From assembly GCA_016212505.1 (NCBI GenBank), contig JACRGB010000021.1:1-55671 (forward strand): DNA of 55,671 nucleotides, given 5' to 3'. Under the pieces are notes generated by a model. That model did no database searches, was not told where the DNA came from, and worked only from the letters and a program-made list of their open reading frames with translations. The position numbers and the translations under genes were made by a program. The first letter of the stretch is position 1. Each line of letters begins with the position of its first letter. Of the stretch, positions 36,497 to 45,863 are shown one piece after another. Origin of the DNA: Candidatus Micrarchaeota archaeon (GTDB lineage Archaea; Micrarchaeota; Micrarchaeia; Anstonellales; Bilamarchaeaceae).

Positions 36497-39100
36497 ATGA
36501 ACCGAACTAGTATTTTCCTCCTGTTGAGCATATTGGCTCTCATCTTCGTTTATGGCTGTGCCCAGACTACTAATTTTTCTGATGCTTATGTAAAAGAACT
36601 AAAAGGAATAACTGCAGCCAACCCAAATGGCCAGGTATTTGCTGCCGTTAACTCATCTGCCTTCCAATCCTGTATCGCCGGCAAATGCACCTGCATGGTA
36701 TGTAAGAACGGCACGAGCTTTTTTCCATTTTACAATTCCTTAGTTGGCGGTGAATGCCATTTCGAGCAGAACTGTGATGCCGATAAATTTAATGCGCTCA
36801 CATCCGGCAAATACCAGAATGACCCGAGCCTTTTCCCAAGGCAATTTATGGTTGGCCAGGGCCCTACCATGAGCGATTTTGGGGATGGAAATCCATATTG
36901 TTCTAATCGTCTTGGGATGGCGGTGCAGTGGCTTGTTGGCAGCAATGTTACCCCATATAATCTTCCGAACGCCGGAGCGGCGATATGCTCATTGGATGCA
37001 GGAGTAATGCCGCTTTATGTCCTTTATACAAACAGCACCAACATCAACACTACCCGCTCAAAAGAAATAGCGCAATACCTCCAACAAAACGGAAAATCTT
37101 ACTCTGGCAGGACAAATGATAAGGTTGGACCTACAATAATCACCACTGAGATCGATTATAACAGCAGCAACGACACAGTTGTCCAGCTGGTGGCTGATCA
37201 GGTTGAAGCTATTTATTCAGGTTGCGGAAACAGTGAAAAGCCCGATCCCCTTGATCCTACTGATGGATCAAAAACCATAAAAACAAGAAACTGCCTTGTT
37301 GCACTGGCGCCAATGATTAATGATCGGAAGGGACTGGATAAAGTAATGAACAAAGTCGGCGCTGATGGCAGGAAAATATCTGATAAAGTTGACCTTGTCG
37401 CATTCGGAGTTAATTACCGGAACATGACCAGCTGCGATGGTGATAAGTTACTGCTTCAGGCATCCTCTTTTGCAACATACGCGCTTTATACCTGGGGCAA
37501 GCCCACGGTAATCCCCTATATTTTATTTGACTCTGAAGGTACTGATTTTACTGACGATAAGCATCTTCCGACATGCCACTGGAGCGAATATTATATGCAA
37601 AGGGCCTATTCATCGTTCTTCGGAAGTGCAATACTGGTCCTCCCCAGGAATGGGGTTATCGGGATGGCCCCATACTCGTTCAACTCTGCCCGCTTTGGCT
37701 TTAACCCGCTAAACTGCAAAGACTGCGATCTTGGAAAAAGCATCGAGCGCATCGCTTCCTGGTATGGCGGATGCCAAAAATATACTACCATAAGCAGCCA
37801 GATCGGCGCTTCAGTGTCTACCCACCCTTCGGCAGGGACCCTTCTCGTATTTTCAAATACTTCCGGAGGTTACTGCTCTTTCAATGATCAGTATGACTTT
37901 CTTATTAAGGGTTTCACCTTTGCTTCAAGAGATATTGCACAGCAACAGGCTCCTGGTTTAGAAAAAGATGTCAAATCTCTTGTGCGGTGCGATGCCTGCT
38001 TGAGCGAGAGCGCAAAAGGATCCCCATTTAAGCTCGGGGATTCTTCGATTGGCAATCCCCCTAATGAGAAAAAATATTGTACAAGTTATCCTGAAATAGA
38101 TTATTGGGCATCGAGAAGAGGATTGGATCCGAGCATTTTGCGATCAGTGATCTATAGCGAAAGCGACTTCACCCCCTGCAGCGTTGCGAAAGTCTGCAGC
38201 CCTGCCTATCTTGCGGATAATCCAAATGATAAGACCTGCTTCCCCACCAGCGAATGTTATGCCAAAGGATACGATTCAATGGTTGATCCGTCCGGGCAAT
38301 GCGGTCCATTTCCCAAAGCTGACCAATACAAAGGCCAGCCTGCTTACCGCTATTGTGCGATGGGCATAACACAAATACTTGAGCCGCCATATACTTTCTG
38401 GCCTGAAGGACCGAATGCACAAATCCTAAAAGATGCGCAAAATCGTGGGTTGGGCCCAAATATTCAAAGGGCAAGGGACTGCAGTCCGAAATTCAACCCA
38501 TTTAACGTCGAAGATGCGCTTTGTGCTGGATCAGCAGAACTTGCGGATAAATTTGCTGCTGCAAAAAAAGAAGTTGCTGATGCGCACAAGAAACAGCAGC
38601 TTAACTGGTATCCTACTGATAATGATTATATTGAAAAAGAAAACCTTATGGTTGCCTATGTTGCCTTAATGAAATACCGAGGGTTCTGGGAATCAAGTTT
38701 TACTAACAAAATTTTTGCTGACCGGCTCGATAAAAAAAATCTTTGCCGGGATTTTGGTTATAAAACTCCGGCAGATTGCTATTTCCAGATGTATTCTAAC
38801 AGCTGGTATTATGATTCAGACTTTTGTGCCAATAATCCAAACGATGGCCACTGTGCAAATGGAAAACCAAAAGACGGTTTTTGCGCTGATATCCACGATC
38901 CAATAGAATTTATTGACACTTGTTTTGCCAATAATGATCCGGCTGCAAAAGAACTGGCAAACTACTATGTTTTACGCGATAAATGCTCTACCAGCAGCTG
39001 CCCGTCATGGAAAAAAGTATATGATTTAATGCAGTCTTCCAACCTTCCAAATAAACCAAAGCTTCCCAAAAGTGGAAATACAAATGTTCCGGATAAATGA
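36497..39100 (+). CDS. Secreted Cys-rich protein with C-terminal lytic transglycosylase (SLT/GH23-like) domain
   Basis: FVYGC leader; IDYWASRRGLDPSILRSVIYSESDF (catalytic ES), AMGITQI, FNVEDALCAGSAEL. Confidence 0.7.
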   Translation: MNRTSIFLLLSILALIFVYGCAQTTNFSDAYVKELKGITAANPNGQVFAAVNSSAFQSCIAGKCTCMVCKNGTSFFPFYNSLVGGECHFEQNCDADKFNALTSGKYQNDPSLFPRQFMVGQGPTMSDFGDGNPYCSNRLGMAVQWLVGSNVTPYNLPNAGAAICSLDAGVMPLYVLYTNSTNINTTRSKEIAQYLQQNGKSYSGRTNDKVGPTIITTEIDYNSSNDTVVQLVADQVEAIYSGCGNSEKPDPLDPTDGSKTIKTRNCLVALAPMINDRKGLDKVMNKVGADGRKISDKVDLVAFGVNYRNMTSCDGDKLLLQASSFATYALYTWGKPTVIPYILFDSEGTDFTDDKHLPTCHWSEYYMQRAYSSFFGSAILVLPRNGVIGMAPYSFNSARFGFNPLNCKDCDLGKSIERIASWYGGCQKYTTISSQIGASVSTHPSAGTLLVFSNTSGGYCSFNDQYDFLIKGFTFASRDIAQQQAPGLEKDVKSLVRCDACLSESAKGSPFKLGDSSIGNPPNEKKYCTSYPEIDYWASRRGLDPSILRSVIYSESDFTPCSVAKVCSPAYLADNPNDKTCFPTSECYAKGYDSMVDPSGQCGPFPKADQYKGQPAYRYCAMGITQILEPPYTFWPEGPNAQILKDAQNRGLGPNIQRARDCSPKFNPFNVEDALCAGSAELADKFAAAKKEVADAHKKQQLNWYPTDNDYIEKENLMVAYVALMKYRGFWESSFTNKIFADRLDKKNLCRDFGYKTPADCYFQMYSNSWYYDSDFCANNPNDGHCANGKPKDGFCADIHDPIEFIDTCFANNDPAAKELANYYVLRDKCSTSSCPSWKKVYDLMQSSNLPNKPKLPKSGNTNVPDK

Positions 39101-39154
39101 TTGTAATCCTTGAAATCAGATAGAATTAAAAAGAAAGTAAAAGATAATTTAATT

Positions 39155-39367
39155 ATGAAATTGCGCGTTATTATAGAGCAAGATGAAGATGGCATTTATG
39201 TCGCAACTTGTCCAAATCTGCCTGGGTGTATTTCTCAAGGTAAAACCAGGGAAGAAGCCCTAGAAAATATAAAAGATGCGATTTCTGGTTATATTACCCG
39301 TTTGAAGAAGCATAACGAACCTGTTCCTCCATCTATACAAGAAGAAGTTGTTGAGGTTCATGCCTAA
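39155..39367 (+). CDS. hicB: HicB antitoxin
   Basis: IEQDEDGIYVATCPNLPGCISQGKTREEALENIKDAI. Confidence 0.92.
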   Translation: MKLRVIIEQDEDGIYVATCPNLPGCISQGKTREEALENIKDAISGYITRLKKHNEPVPPSIQEEVVEVHA

Positions 39368-39593
39368 ACTGCCAGTTCTTTCGGGTAAAGATCTAGTTAA
39401 ACTTTTATCTAAGTTATGATATGAATCTGATCATCAGACCGGAAGTCATATGATTCTTCGGCAAAATCATGAGCCCTATAGGAGAATAACTGTGCCAAAT
39501 CATAAAGAACTTGCTAAAGGTACTCTTCTTGGTATAATTAAGGAAGTAGGATTATCAAGAGACGAATTCTTCAAACTTTATTATGGAAAGTGA
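39360..39593 (+). pseudogene. hicA: HicA toxin with in-frame TGA at codon 20
   Basis: MPKLPVLSGKDLVKLLSKL*YESDHQTGSHMIL...TVPNHKELAKGTLLGIIKEVGLSRDEF; TGA at 39417-39419 where Gly is conserved. Confidence 0.85.
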
Positions 39594-39609
39594 TCTCAAG
39601 AATGAGTTC

Positions 39610-40704
39610 CTAACTCATCCATTTCTTCTTGGCTATTTTGTCCTTTATGTATTCGCCAACGAATGTTAGCCGTTCGCCTTGAAGGGCATCCTGCTCAATC
39701 TTTTTCTTGGTTTTTAACACTTCCTTAAGTTCCGCTACCCAGTCGGCATGTCTGCTGATCCAGGGATACTCGAGCATTTCCTCTGCCCTCTTCACATCTA
39801 CTTCTTTTGCGGTAATTGTCAGTTTTTGTAAAAACTCAAATTCCCTTATATCCTTCATGCTCACGCCTAAGAATCTGGCTTCAGGAACTGCAAAATCATG
39901 GCCCAGATAAGCGAGGTTCATACTCCCAGTTTTTATTGTCCAGTAAATGTACCATCCCCAGGCATCACAGTCCATGAAGCAGTAGATTGGCAGTTTTTTA
40001 TCGGCAAGCTTACGGAGTAACCTCCTTGTTCCGCGTGAGGCTTGCCCTTTTGGGGTTATCACTAGGCAATTTTCCTTTTTCCAGAACTTATCTTCATTAA
40101 GGCGCTGCCACATGGCATCTTTTTCCACTACGAGAACGTAATCTGCTGTTGTCTTAAACTCAATATCATTATCCACATCGCTCGGGATGCCCCAGCCGGA
40201 CCTGCCCATTGCGGTCCCATCTATGGTATTTACTTCACCGCCAAACTTATCCTTTATTATGATCGGGCCGGCGACCGTTCCCTTACGTTCGGTGGTAAGA
40301 TGCAAATCCTCACGCTTTATCCCGAGTGCAACTTCAAGGTCTTCAATTAAGGCATTTGATTCGCTCTGCTCAGCAAACATATCCTCATCAATATCTTCGC
40401 CTAAAGTGAATTTCAGCTGGTAAAATAAGCTTCTTATTGAAGCATGCAAATCTTCGCTGATGAATTTTTTTGTTTTAGCTGCAACTGCAACTGTCTGCAT
40501 GAATGTTTTTGCCTGTGCAACACTCAGAAATTTTCTCGTTTCTGTCTTGTCCCCTGTCCTTAGACAACCTTCGCTTTCATCAAAAATCGTGTTGCTCTTG
40601 GTTCGCAAAACAGTTTCAAAAGTAGGGCCTTCGTTTTTTTCAATTTCCTTGATCATGCGTTTTCCTAGCCCTTCCAATTTTTCCTTAACCACTTTTTCAG
40701 TCAT
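39610..40704 (-). CDS. top6A: DNA topoisomerase VI subunit A
   Basis: IRSLFY catalytic Tyr, VVEKDA, KGQA, DCDAWG TOPRIM. Confidence 0.95.
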   Translation of the reverse strand: MTEKVVKEKLEGLGKRMIKEIEKNEGPTFETVLRTKSNTIFDESEGCLRTGDKTETRKFLSVAQAKTFMQTVAVAAKTKKFISEDLHASIRSLFYQLKFTLGEDIDEDMFAEQSESNALIEDLEVALGIKREDLHLTTERKGTVAGPIIIKDKFGGEVNTIDGTAMGRSGWGIPSDVDNDIEFKTTADYVLVVEKDAMWQRLNEDKFWKKENCLVITPKGQASRGTRRLLRKLADKKLPIYCFMDCDAWGWYIYWTIKTGSMNLAYLGHDFAVPEARFLGVSMKDIREFEFLQKLTITAKEVDVKRAEEMLEYPWISRHADWVAELKEVLKTKKKIEQDALQGERLTFVGEYIKDKIAKKKWMS

Positions 40705-40751
40705 GAGTATCACCTTTCCCATCAATATTCCATATGCTTCACTAACATTCA

Positions 40752-42362
40752 CTATTCTTCGCCTTCTCCTTCATCCACCTTCGCACTATCCTTTGTAGCT
40801 ACTTCTCCTTTTTCTTCACCGAGATCTTCCTGTGAATATTTCTCATCAACTATCTTTTCGAGCCTTGCAAGGAGGTCTTTTTTGTTCTTTGTTCCGGCTA
40901 AATCACTAAGGTCGCTTGAAAGCTGGTTGATATAGCGTGAAATGACCTTCCTTTTTGTGGCAATTTCATGGGCCCTTCTTTTTCCTGATAGGTGCCTTTG
41001 TATTGTCCTTCCTGCTTCCATAACTGCAAGCTTTATCTCATCTGCAACATCTTCCTCGTTGGATATTGCCTGTTTTCCCGCACTAGTGTAAGGTACATGG
41101 ACGCTAAGGAGGTTGACTAGCACTGCGACCGGTTCTTCCTCGAAATTTTTCATATTATAGCGGTTCCATTCAATCGACTTTATTGTTTCACTAATTACGC
41201 AGCCGCTATTATCGAAAAGCAATGGAACCCGGTTTGCAAAGCGCATTACTTCGCCTTTCTTTTCAGCAGCGACCAGGCCGCCGCCATACGCGATTCCTGC
41301 CTCAACCATAAACGGGATTCCGCCCCGGTAAACTCTCGGGCTTCGTTCGGTAACGACGATAATTTCCGGGTTGAAAATATTCCTAAATGATGTTTCTATC
41401 CTTTCCTTACCTATCGGGACAAGGGAATCCATGGCCGGTGCAATCCATTTTACCTTGGCAAATGACTTGACTATTTTTTCCGCATCTTCCCAGGAAAGCT
41501 CGTGCGGGTCCTTATCAAAATCAACTTCGGTGCAGATTGTCCGCAGCTCATCGACTTTTGCAGCGCTCACCCTTGAAAATGCATTTTGTAAGAATGAGGA
41601 AACTTTTCTATTTTCATTGACCCTTGCAAATTCAAGCAGGTCGTGCGTTGTTATCCCTAGCGGATGGGGCTTGATTTCAAATGGCTTTTGGGGGTTCACT
41701 TCAACCGATCGCGGGAAAACGCTTTTTTCATTGTTCGGATCCATCAAAGTTATCGTACAATGGGGGTTTGCAAGTGCGGTCCTCCTTAAATACTCATAAA
41801 CGCCCTGGTTGCTCCGCTCATAGCGGACATCCTTAAACTCAGCAGTTACCAGTAATCCTGTTTCTTCTGTCGGCTCTTCGGAAGTTTCCTCAACAACTGC
41901 CTTATTGCCCTTAAAATCAATGCTGATATCTGCGGTGAGTTTCTTGCCCCTATGGCAGGTTATGGCTTTTGTTTTCTGCCCAGTAGTAATATAGGAATAC
42001 ATAGTACAGGCAGCAGCACCGATACCCTGCTGGCCCCTTTGCTGGATATACCTGTGGAATTTTGTCCCGGCCAGCATCTGCCCCAAAGCTTTTCCCAAAT
42101 GCGATTTGGGGATGCCAGGCCCATTATCCTTTACCGTTATCCGGTAATGATCTTTTGTTTCCTTATTGAGTTCTTCAACCTGCACAAATATTTCCGGTAA
42201 GATCCCTGCTTCTTCACACGCATCTAGGGAGTTAGTTACATATTCGTGTACAATTATAGTCATCGATCGGACTTTACCCGAAAACCCTAGCATCTGCCGG
42301 TTTTTCTTGAAGAATTCTGCCACGGAGTGTTCCTTAAATTGCTTGAAAATATCTTCTGCCAT
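40752..42362 (-). CDS. top6B: DNA topoisomerase VI subunit B
   Basis: SVAEFF, EYVTNSLDACEE, DNGPG, RGQQGIG, RFANRVPL. Confidence 0.97.
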   Translation of the reverse strand: MAEDIFKQFKEHSVAEFFKKNRQMLGFSGKVRSMTIIVHEYVTNSLDACEEAGILPEIFVQVEELNKETKDHYRITVKDNGPGIPKSHLGKALGQMLAGTKFHRYIQQRGQQGIGAAACTMYSYITTGQKTKAITCHRGKKLTADISIDFKGNKAVVEETSEEPTEETGLLVTAEFKDVRYERSNQGVYEYLRRTALANPHCTITLMDPNNEKSVFPRSVEVNPQKPFEIKPHPLGITTHDLLEFARVNENRKVSSFLQNAFSRVSAAKVDELRTICTEVDFDKDPHELSWEDAEKIVKSFAKVKWIAPAMDSLVPIGKERIETSFRNIFNPEIIVVTERSPRVYRGGIPFMVEAGIAYGGGLVAAEKKGEVMRFANRVPLLFDNSGCVISETIKSIEWNRYNMKNFEEEPVAVLVNLLSVHVPYTSAGKQAISNEEDVADEIKLAVMEAGRTIQRHLSGKRRAHEIATKRKVISRYINQLSSDLSDLAGTKNKKDLLARLEKIVDEKYSQEDLGEEKGEVATKDSAKVDEGEGEE

Positions 42363-42422
42363 CTTATCACTCGTATCTAGTCTATCTAGCTGTTTCAAAT
42401 TACTCCAAATTATTCCAAATAT

Positions 42423-42538
42423 TTAGCTGGTCACTAGCTAATTGGAAATAACTTTCTTATTGTATGGAAATTATATAATTTCCAATGCGGACAAAATTTA
42501 TAAATTTTGTCCAGGCTTGGGGTTATAACCCCCGCATT
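42423..42538. repeat. Cluster of palindromes in the top6B / receiver-gene divergent promoter
   Basis: TGGAAATTATATAATTTCCA (20 bp), GGACAAAATTTATAAATTTTGTCC (24 bp), GGGGTTATAACCCC (14 bp), plus the TTAGCTGG/CTAGCTAA hairpin. Confidence 0.9.
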
Positions 42539-42575
42539 ATTCCTTTTTAAACCAAACTGTCAAAAATCATATCTA

Positions 42576-43145
42576 ATGCATTCCCATGGACTTGCGTTTC
42601 GTGCACATCAGTGCGTTCCACATCACGAGCGGTCCTGGACTCGTTCTTCCCAACCTTCTCCTGTAAATGGGAGCCGGGTTCTTTATGAAAATTGTAGGCC
42701 TTCATTGCTTATAATAGAGGATGGCCCCTCCCTTCTTGCTGAAATGAGGCGAGAATTTGGCCGTATTCATTGTGTTGATCTACTCCCTACAAAAGCAGTA
42801 CATTCCGTAGGCGAGGCATTGGGTTTAGTTGCAGCCCAAAAACCAAGTATTTTACTTACCGACCTAAATCTTGACGAATCCCACCCCAGGGTATTGCATG
42901 GACTTAGGGTACTTCGCAGAGTGAGAGAACTTTATCCGGATATGAAGATTTTTGCTGCATGCACATTTTATCCTCCGACTGGCCGGACAAAACCCATTCC
43001 TGGTTGGGAATTTTTAGTCCCACTTTTAAAATCAGAACCTTGTGATGGGGCATTTTCCAAGGGCGACGCAAGGGCAATTACCACTGCCATCCTAAATGCT
43101 GCCCTCGATCAAATGGTTTTGCCTTCTGCTTTTATGGTCCACTGA
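42576..43145 (+). CDS. Stand-alone response-regulator receiver domain with N-terminal extension
   Basis: LLIIED, ILLTDLNL (phospho-Asp), GLRVL, AACT, AFSKG. Confidence 0.75.
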   Translation: MHSHGLAFRAHQCVPHHERSWTRSSQPSPVNGSRVLYENCRPSLLIIEDGPSLLAEMRREFGRIHCVDLLPTKAVHSVGEALGLVAAQKPSILLTDLNLDESHPRVLHGLRVLRRVRELYPDMKIFAACTFYPPTGRTKPIPGWEFLVPLLKSEPCDGAFSKGDARAITTAILNAALDQMVLPSAFMVH

Positions 43146-43192
43146 TGGTTCATTGACCCATTCGTTGACCTGATCATTGACTTTTCCTTAAA

Positions 43193-43747
43193 CTATCCTT
43201 TTAATCTCGATTCCATTATCTCCCGTCTTGCTTTTGCCAGATAATTAATCACTACTGCATGTGGTGCGCCATCAAGGAGCATCATTATCGCTTCCTTTGC
43301 CCGGTCCATGGTATCTATCCTGGCAATTATTCCGATCGTATTTCCGTAAATGCAAACTATCGATTCAGTCGCACTTTCAATATCTCCTTTCATCCTCCCA
43401 TTTTCGCCGATTACTCTTCCTTTTAGCCTGATTATCGCCTTATCCGAGCCTATCAGTTCCTTTAGCTGGATGATGTACAAATTATAGTCGTGTTCAATCA
43501 GTTTGAGGGCTTCGTGCGGGGTGAACCCGCGGCCCATTGCCTTAACAACATCTTTTGCAAAAAATGTTTCAGTGGATTCGCCATCTATTTCGACATCGCC
43601 TTCTTCGTCGATATTGAGCCGGACGTTGCATTTTTTTTCTATTACTGCTTTGGTTGCTCCCTTCTCCCCAATAAGAACGCCGATGCGCTCGGTTGGTATA
43701 CGTACAATTTCAATCATTTTTTCGCTCTCCTTTCCTTTAATATTCAT
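43193..43747 (-). CDS. KH-domain pre-rRNA processing protein (Dim2/Pno1)
   Basis: RIGVLIGEKG, AMGRGF, RLKGRVIGENG, GAPH. Confidence 0.92.
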   Translation of the reverse strand: MNIKGKESEKMIEIVRIPTERIGVLIGEKGATKAVIEKKCNVRLNIDEEGDVEIDGESTETFFAKDVVKAMGRGFTPHEALKLIEHDYNLYIIQLKELIGSDKAIIRLKGRVIGENGRMKGDIESATESIVCIYGNTIGIIARIDTMDRAKEAIMMLLDGAPHAVVINYLAKARREIMESRLKG

Positions 43748-44556
43748 TTAGCAACTTTTCCAAGAATTTTCCCAAGTATTTTTCTTATCTCCGGATCAGT
43801 TTCGCTTTCTAATCTCTTTGCTGCTGCTGATTTTACCTCTTCATTGCCCTTTATTTCTTTCAACACTATTGCAGCGCTAAGTCGTGCCTGCTCATCCCAA
43901 TGGGATAATAGCATTATAAGGGATTTCCAAACTTCCTCATCCTCTTTTAGTACTCCCAGCGCTTCTATGGCGTTTATCTGGTTTTCGCCAATATCCCCGC
44001 GGGCTATTATTATGAGCTCCTTTTTCATCACTTCAACTAATTTTTTATCCTCGATTTGCGATAGGTAAGTTAATGCCATCCCATTTGTACTGTTATTTCT
44101 AAGAAGTTCCTTTAAGCATTCTTCTATTTGCGCCCGATATTGCTCATGCAGCAGTAATTTCCTTAAGCAAAGCACTACTTTCCTCAAAACATTGCCCTTA
44201 TTCCTATCGCTATATGCCTTATCAAAAAATTCCGCTAGCGCATCAATCCAATTGGCATCTAGCATCATCATCAGGCAATAATTGACAAGGAACCTTTCCG
44301 AAATCCCATAACTATTATTATGCGGGGAAGAAAGTACTGAGCGTGCAGCGTTCATTAGGGCAAACCGATCTTCATCCAAATCCTTAAGCTCGAGCCCTGG
44401 CTTTTTTGTGGTTGCGTATGAGCCTATTATTTTCCAGAACACATCGCGTATGTTTGTATCCGGAGAGAGCCCGAATTTATCGAGTTTGAGCTTTTTTGTT
44501 TCTTGCGGCGGCAGGCCGGAGCTATCGTCGTCCCCGCCAAATGCTTCCTTAGGCAT
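43744..44556 (-). CDS. HEAT-repeat protein
   Basis: NAIEALG, ARLSAAIVL, ETDPEIR helical repeats. Confidence 0.7.
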   Translation of the reverse strand: MPKEAFGGDDDSSGLPPQETKKLKLDKFGLSPDTNIRDVFWKIIGSYATTKKPGLELKDLDEDRFALMNAARSVLSSPHNNSYGISERFLVNYCLMMMLDANWIDALAEFFDKAYSDRNKGNVLRKVVLCLRKLLLHEQYRAQIEECLKELLRNNSTNGMALTYLSQIEDKKLVEVMKKELIIIARGDIGENQINAIEALGVLKEDEEVWKSLIMLLSHWDEQARLSAAIVLKEIKGNEEVKSAAAKRLESETDPEIRKILGKILGKVAK

Positions 44557-44652
44557 ACCTTAGTATCCATCTATTTATATAAAAACTTTTTCCTTCCGTT
44601 TTTTACGACATTTTAGGAAAAAGTAGGAAATTTTAGCAAACTTTGGCAAAAC

Positions 44653-45210
44653 TTATTTCCATTTGATATTACAGCCCATTGAAGGAAGGGTTTCTATAGC
44701 TACTTTTTCTCCAGCAAGTACCTGCTTTATTGCATCTTCCATTTCGCTAGTTTTTCCTTCGCTGTGAGGCTTCCCGTGGGCATCATCAAATCTGCCATGG
44801 TACTGCAACTTCAACTGGTTATCAAATAAGTATGGGTCCGGAGTGCACTGAGCATCGTATTTTTTTGCTACTTCCTGCGTTGGGTCTGTCAGGTATGGAA
44901 AATTGAACTTTTTTTCCATGGCCCACTTCAACATATTTTCAAAGGAATCCTCAGGATACTTTGCTGCATCATTGGAGTTTATCCCGACTATTTGCAGCCC
45001 TTCCTTCCCATATCGCTCCTGCAACTCCACAAAATAATCCATCTTCGGCTGAACATAAGGGCAATGGTTGCACATGAAAATTATCAGCAATGCTTTTTCC
45101 CCCTTAAAGCTCGCGAGGGTATATGTTTTACCATCCACCCCGAATAGTTCAAAATTCGGGGCAGTGCTATCTTTATTCAAAATTCTATAACTTGATAATG
45201 TGAGTGCCAT
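44653..45210 (-). CDS. AhpC/TSA-type thioredoxin-fold protein
   Basis: CNHCPYV, INSND, YPEDS, CTPD, GCNIKWK. Confidence 0.92.
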   Translation of the reverse strand: MALTLSSYRILNKDSTAPNFELFGVDGKTYTLASFKGEKALLIIFMCNHCPYVQPKMDYFVELQERYGKEGLQIVGINSNDAAKYPEDSFENMLKWAMEKKFNFPYLTDPTQEVAKKYDAQCTPDPYLFDNQLKLQYHGRFDDAHGKPHSEGKTSEMEDAIKQVLAGEKVAIETLPSMGCNIKWK

Positions 45211-45227
45211 TTTCTGACCACGCTCAC

Positions 45228-45383
45228 CTATTCTTCAGCTAATTTCTTCCTTAAGAGATCTAATTCATCATGGACTGCCCTATTTTTCCTGGCTGGATCT
45301 AATCTTGCTTTTGCTTCAAGTTCAGCCATTCTGGCCCGGATGTTTGCCTTTTTCCTTGATAAATCCTTTTTGCTTAATCCCAT
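45228..45383 (-). CDS. Small basic coiled-coil protein (51 aa)
   Basis: MGLSKKDLSRKKANIRARMAELEAKARLDPARKNRAVHDELDLLRKKLAEE; fills the operon gap between two minus-strand genes. Confidence 0.75.
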   Translation of the reverse strand: MGLSKKDLSRKKANIRARMAELEAKARLDPARKNRAVHDELDLLRKKLAEE

Positions 45384-45406
45384 AAGAAAACCTTTTTGCT
45401 AGTATT

Positions 45407-45784
45407 TCACATATCCTTGCTAAGTACATATATCAGTATTGCAGTTATAATTGTTATTGCAAATGCGACCATGATCTCATATTCCCAGGCGCCGCTTACC
45501 GGTATGAATGTTTTTATCGTATCGTTTATTGCAGTTTGCCAGAATAATGCCGAAACGACTGCCATAGCGGTCGTCATTACGGTTATGATTTTTGTTTTTA
45601 TTTGTTTTGCACTTTCCCTTGACATTTGAGCCTGAATCTGATTTCTTATGTCAAATTTTTTTATTTCCTCTTTCGCCTCTTTTATTTCCTGACTGGCTAC
45701 TTTTATCTCTTCCTTTGTTTCTTTTATTGCCTGGACGTCCTTCTTAGCGATAGGTACACTCTTTTGTTCGTTTTCTTGTGCCAT
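45407..45784 (-). CDS. Small two-TM membrane protein (DUF5654-like)
   Basis: TTAMAVVSALFWQTAI motif after a charged coiled coil. Confidence 0.7.
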   Translation of the reverse strand: MAQENEQKSVPIAKKDVQAIKETKEEIKVASQEIKEAKEEIKKFDIRNQIQAQMSRESAKQIKTKIITVMTTAMAVVSALFWQTAINDTIKTFIPVSGAWEYEIMVAFAITIITAILIYVLSKDM

Positions 45785-45863
45785 GAATATTTTTGCGAAA
45801 GCAAACTATATAAAATATGCTGAACGTTATGAGAATTAAAACTATTTCGAGGTAATTCGGTAT

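Noticed and set aside
39417-39419. TGA recoding (Gly/Trp/Sec) in hicA
   Set aside because: TGA serves as a normal stop for many genes here (purL, kinase, giant protein) and no other in-frame TGA was seen.
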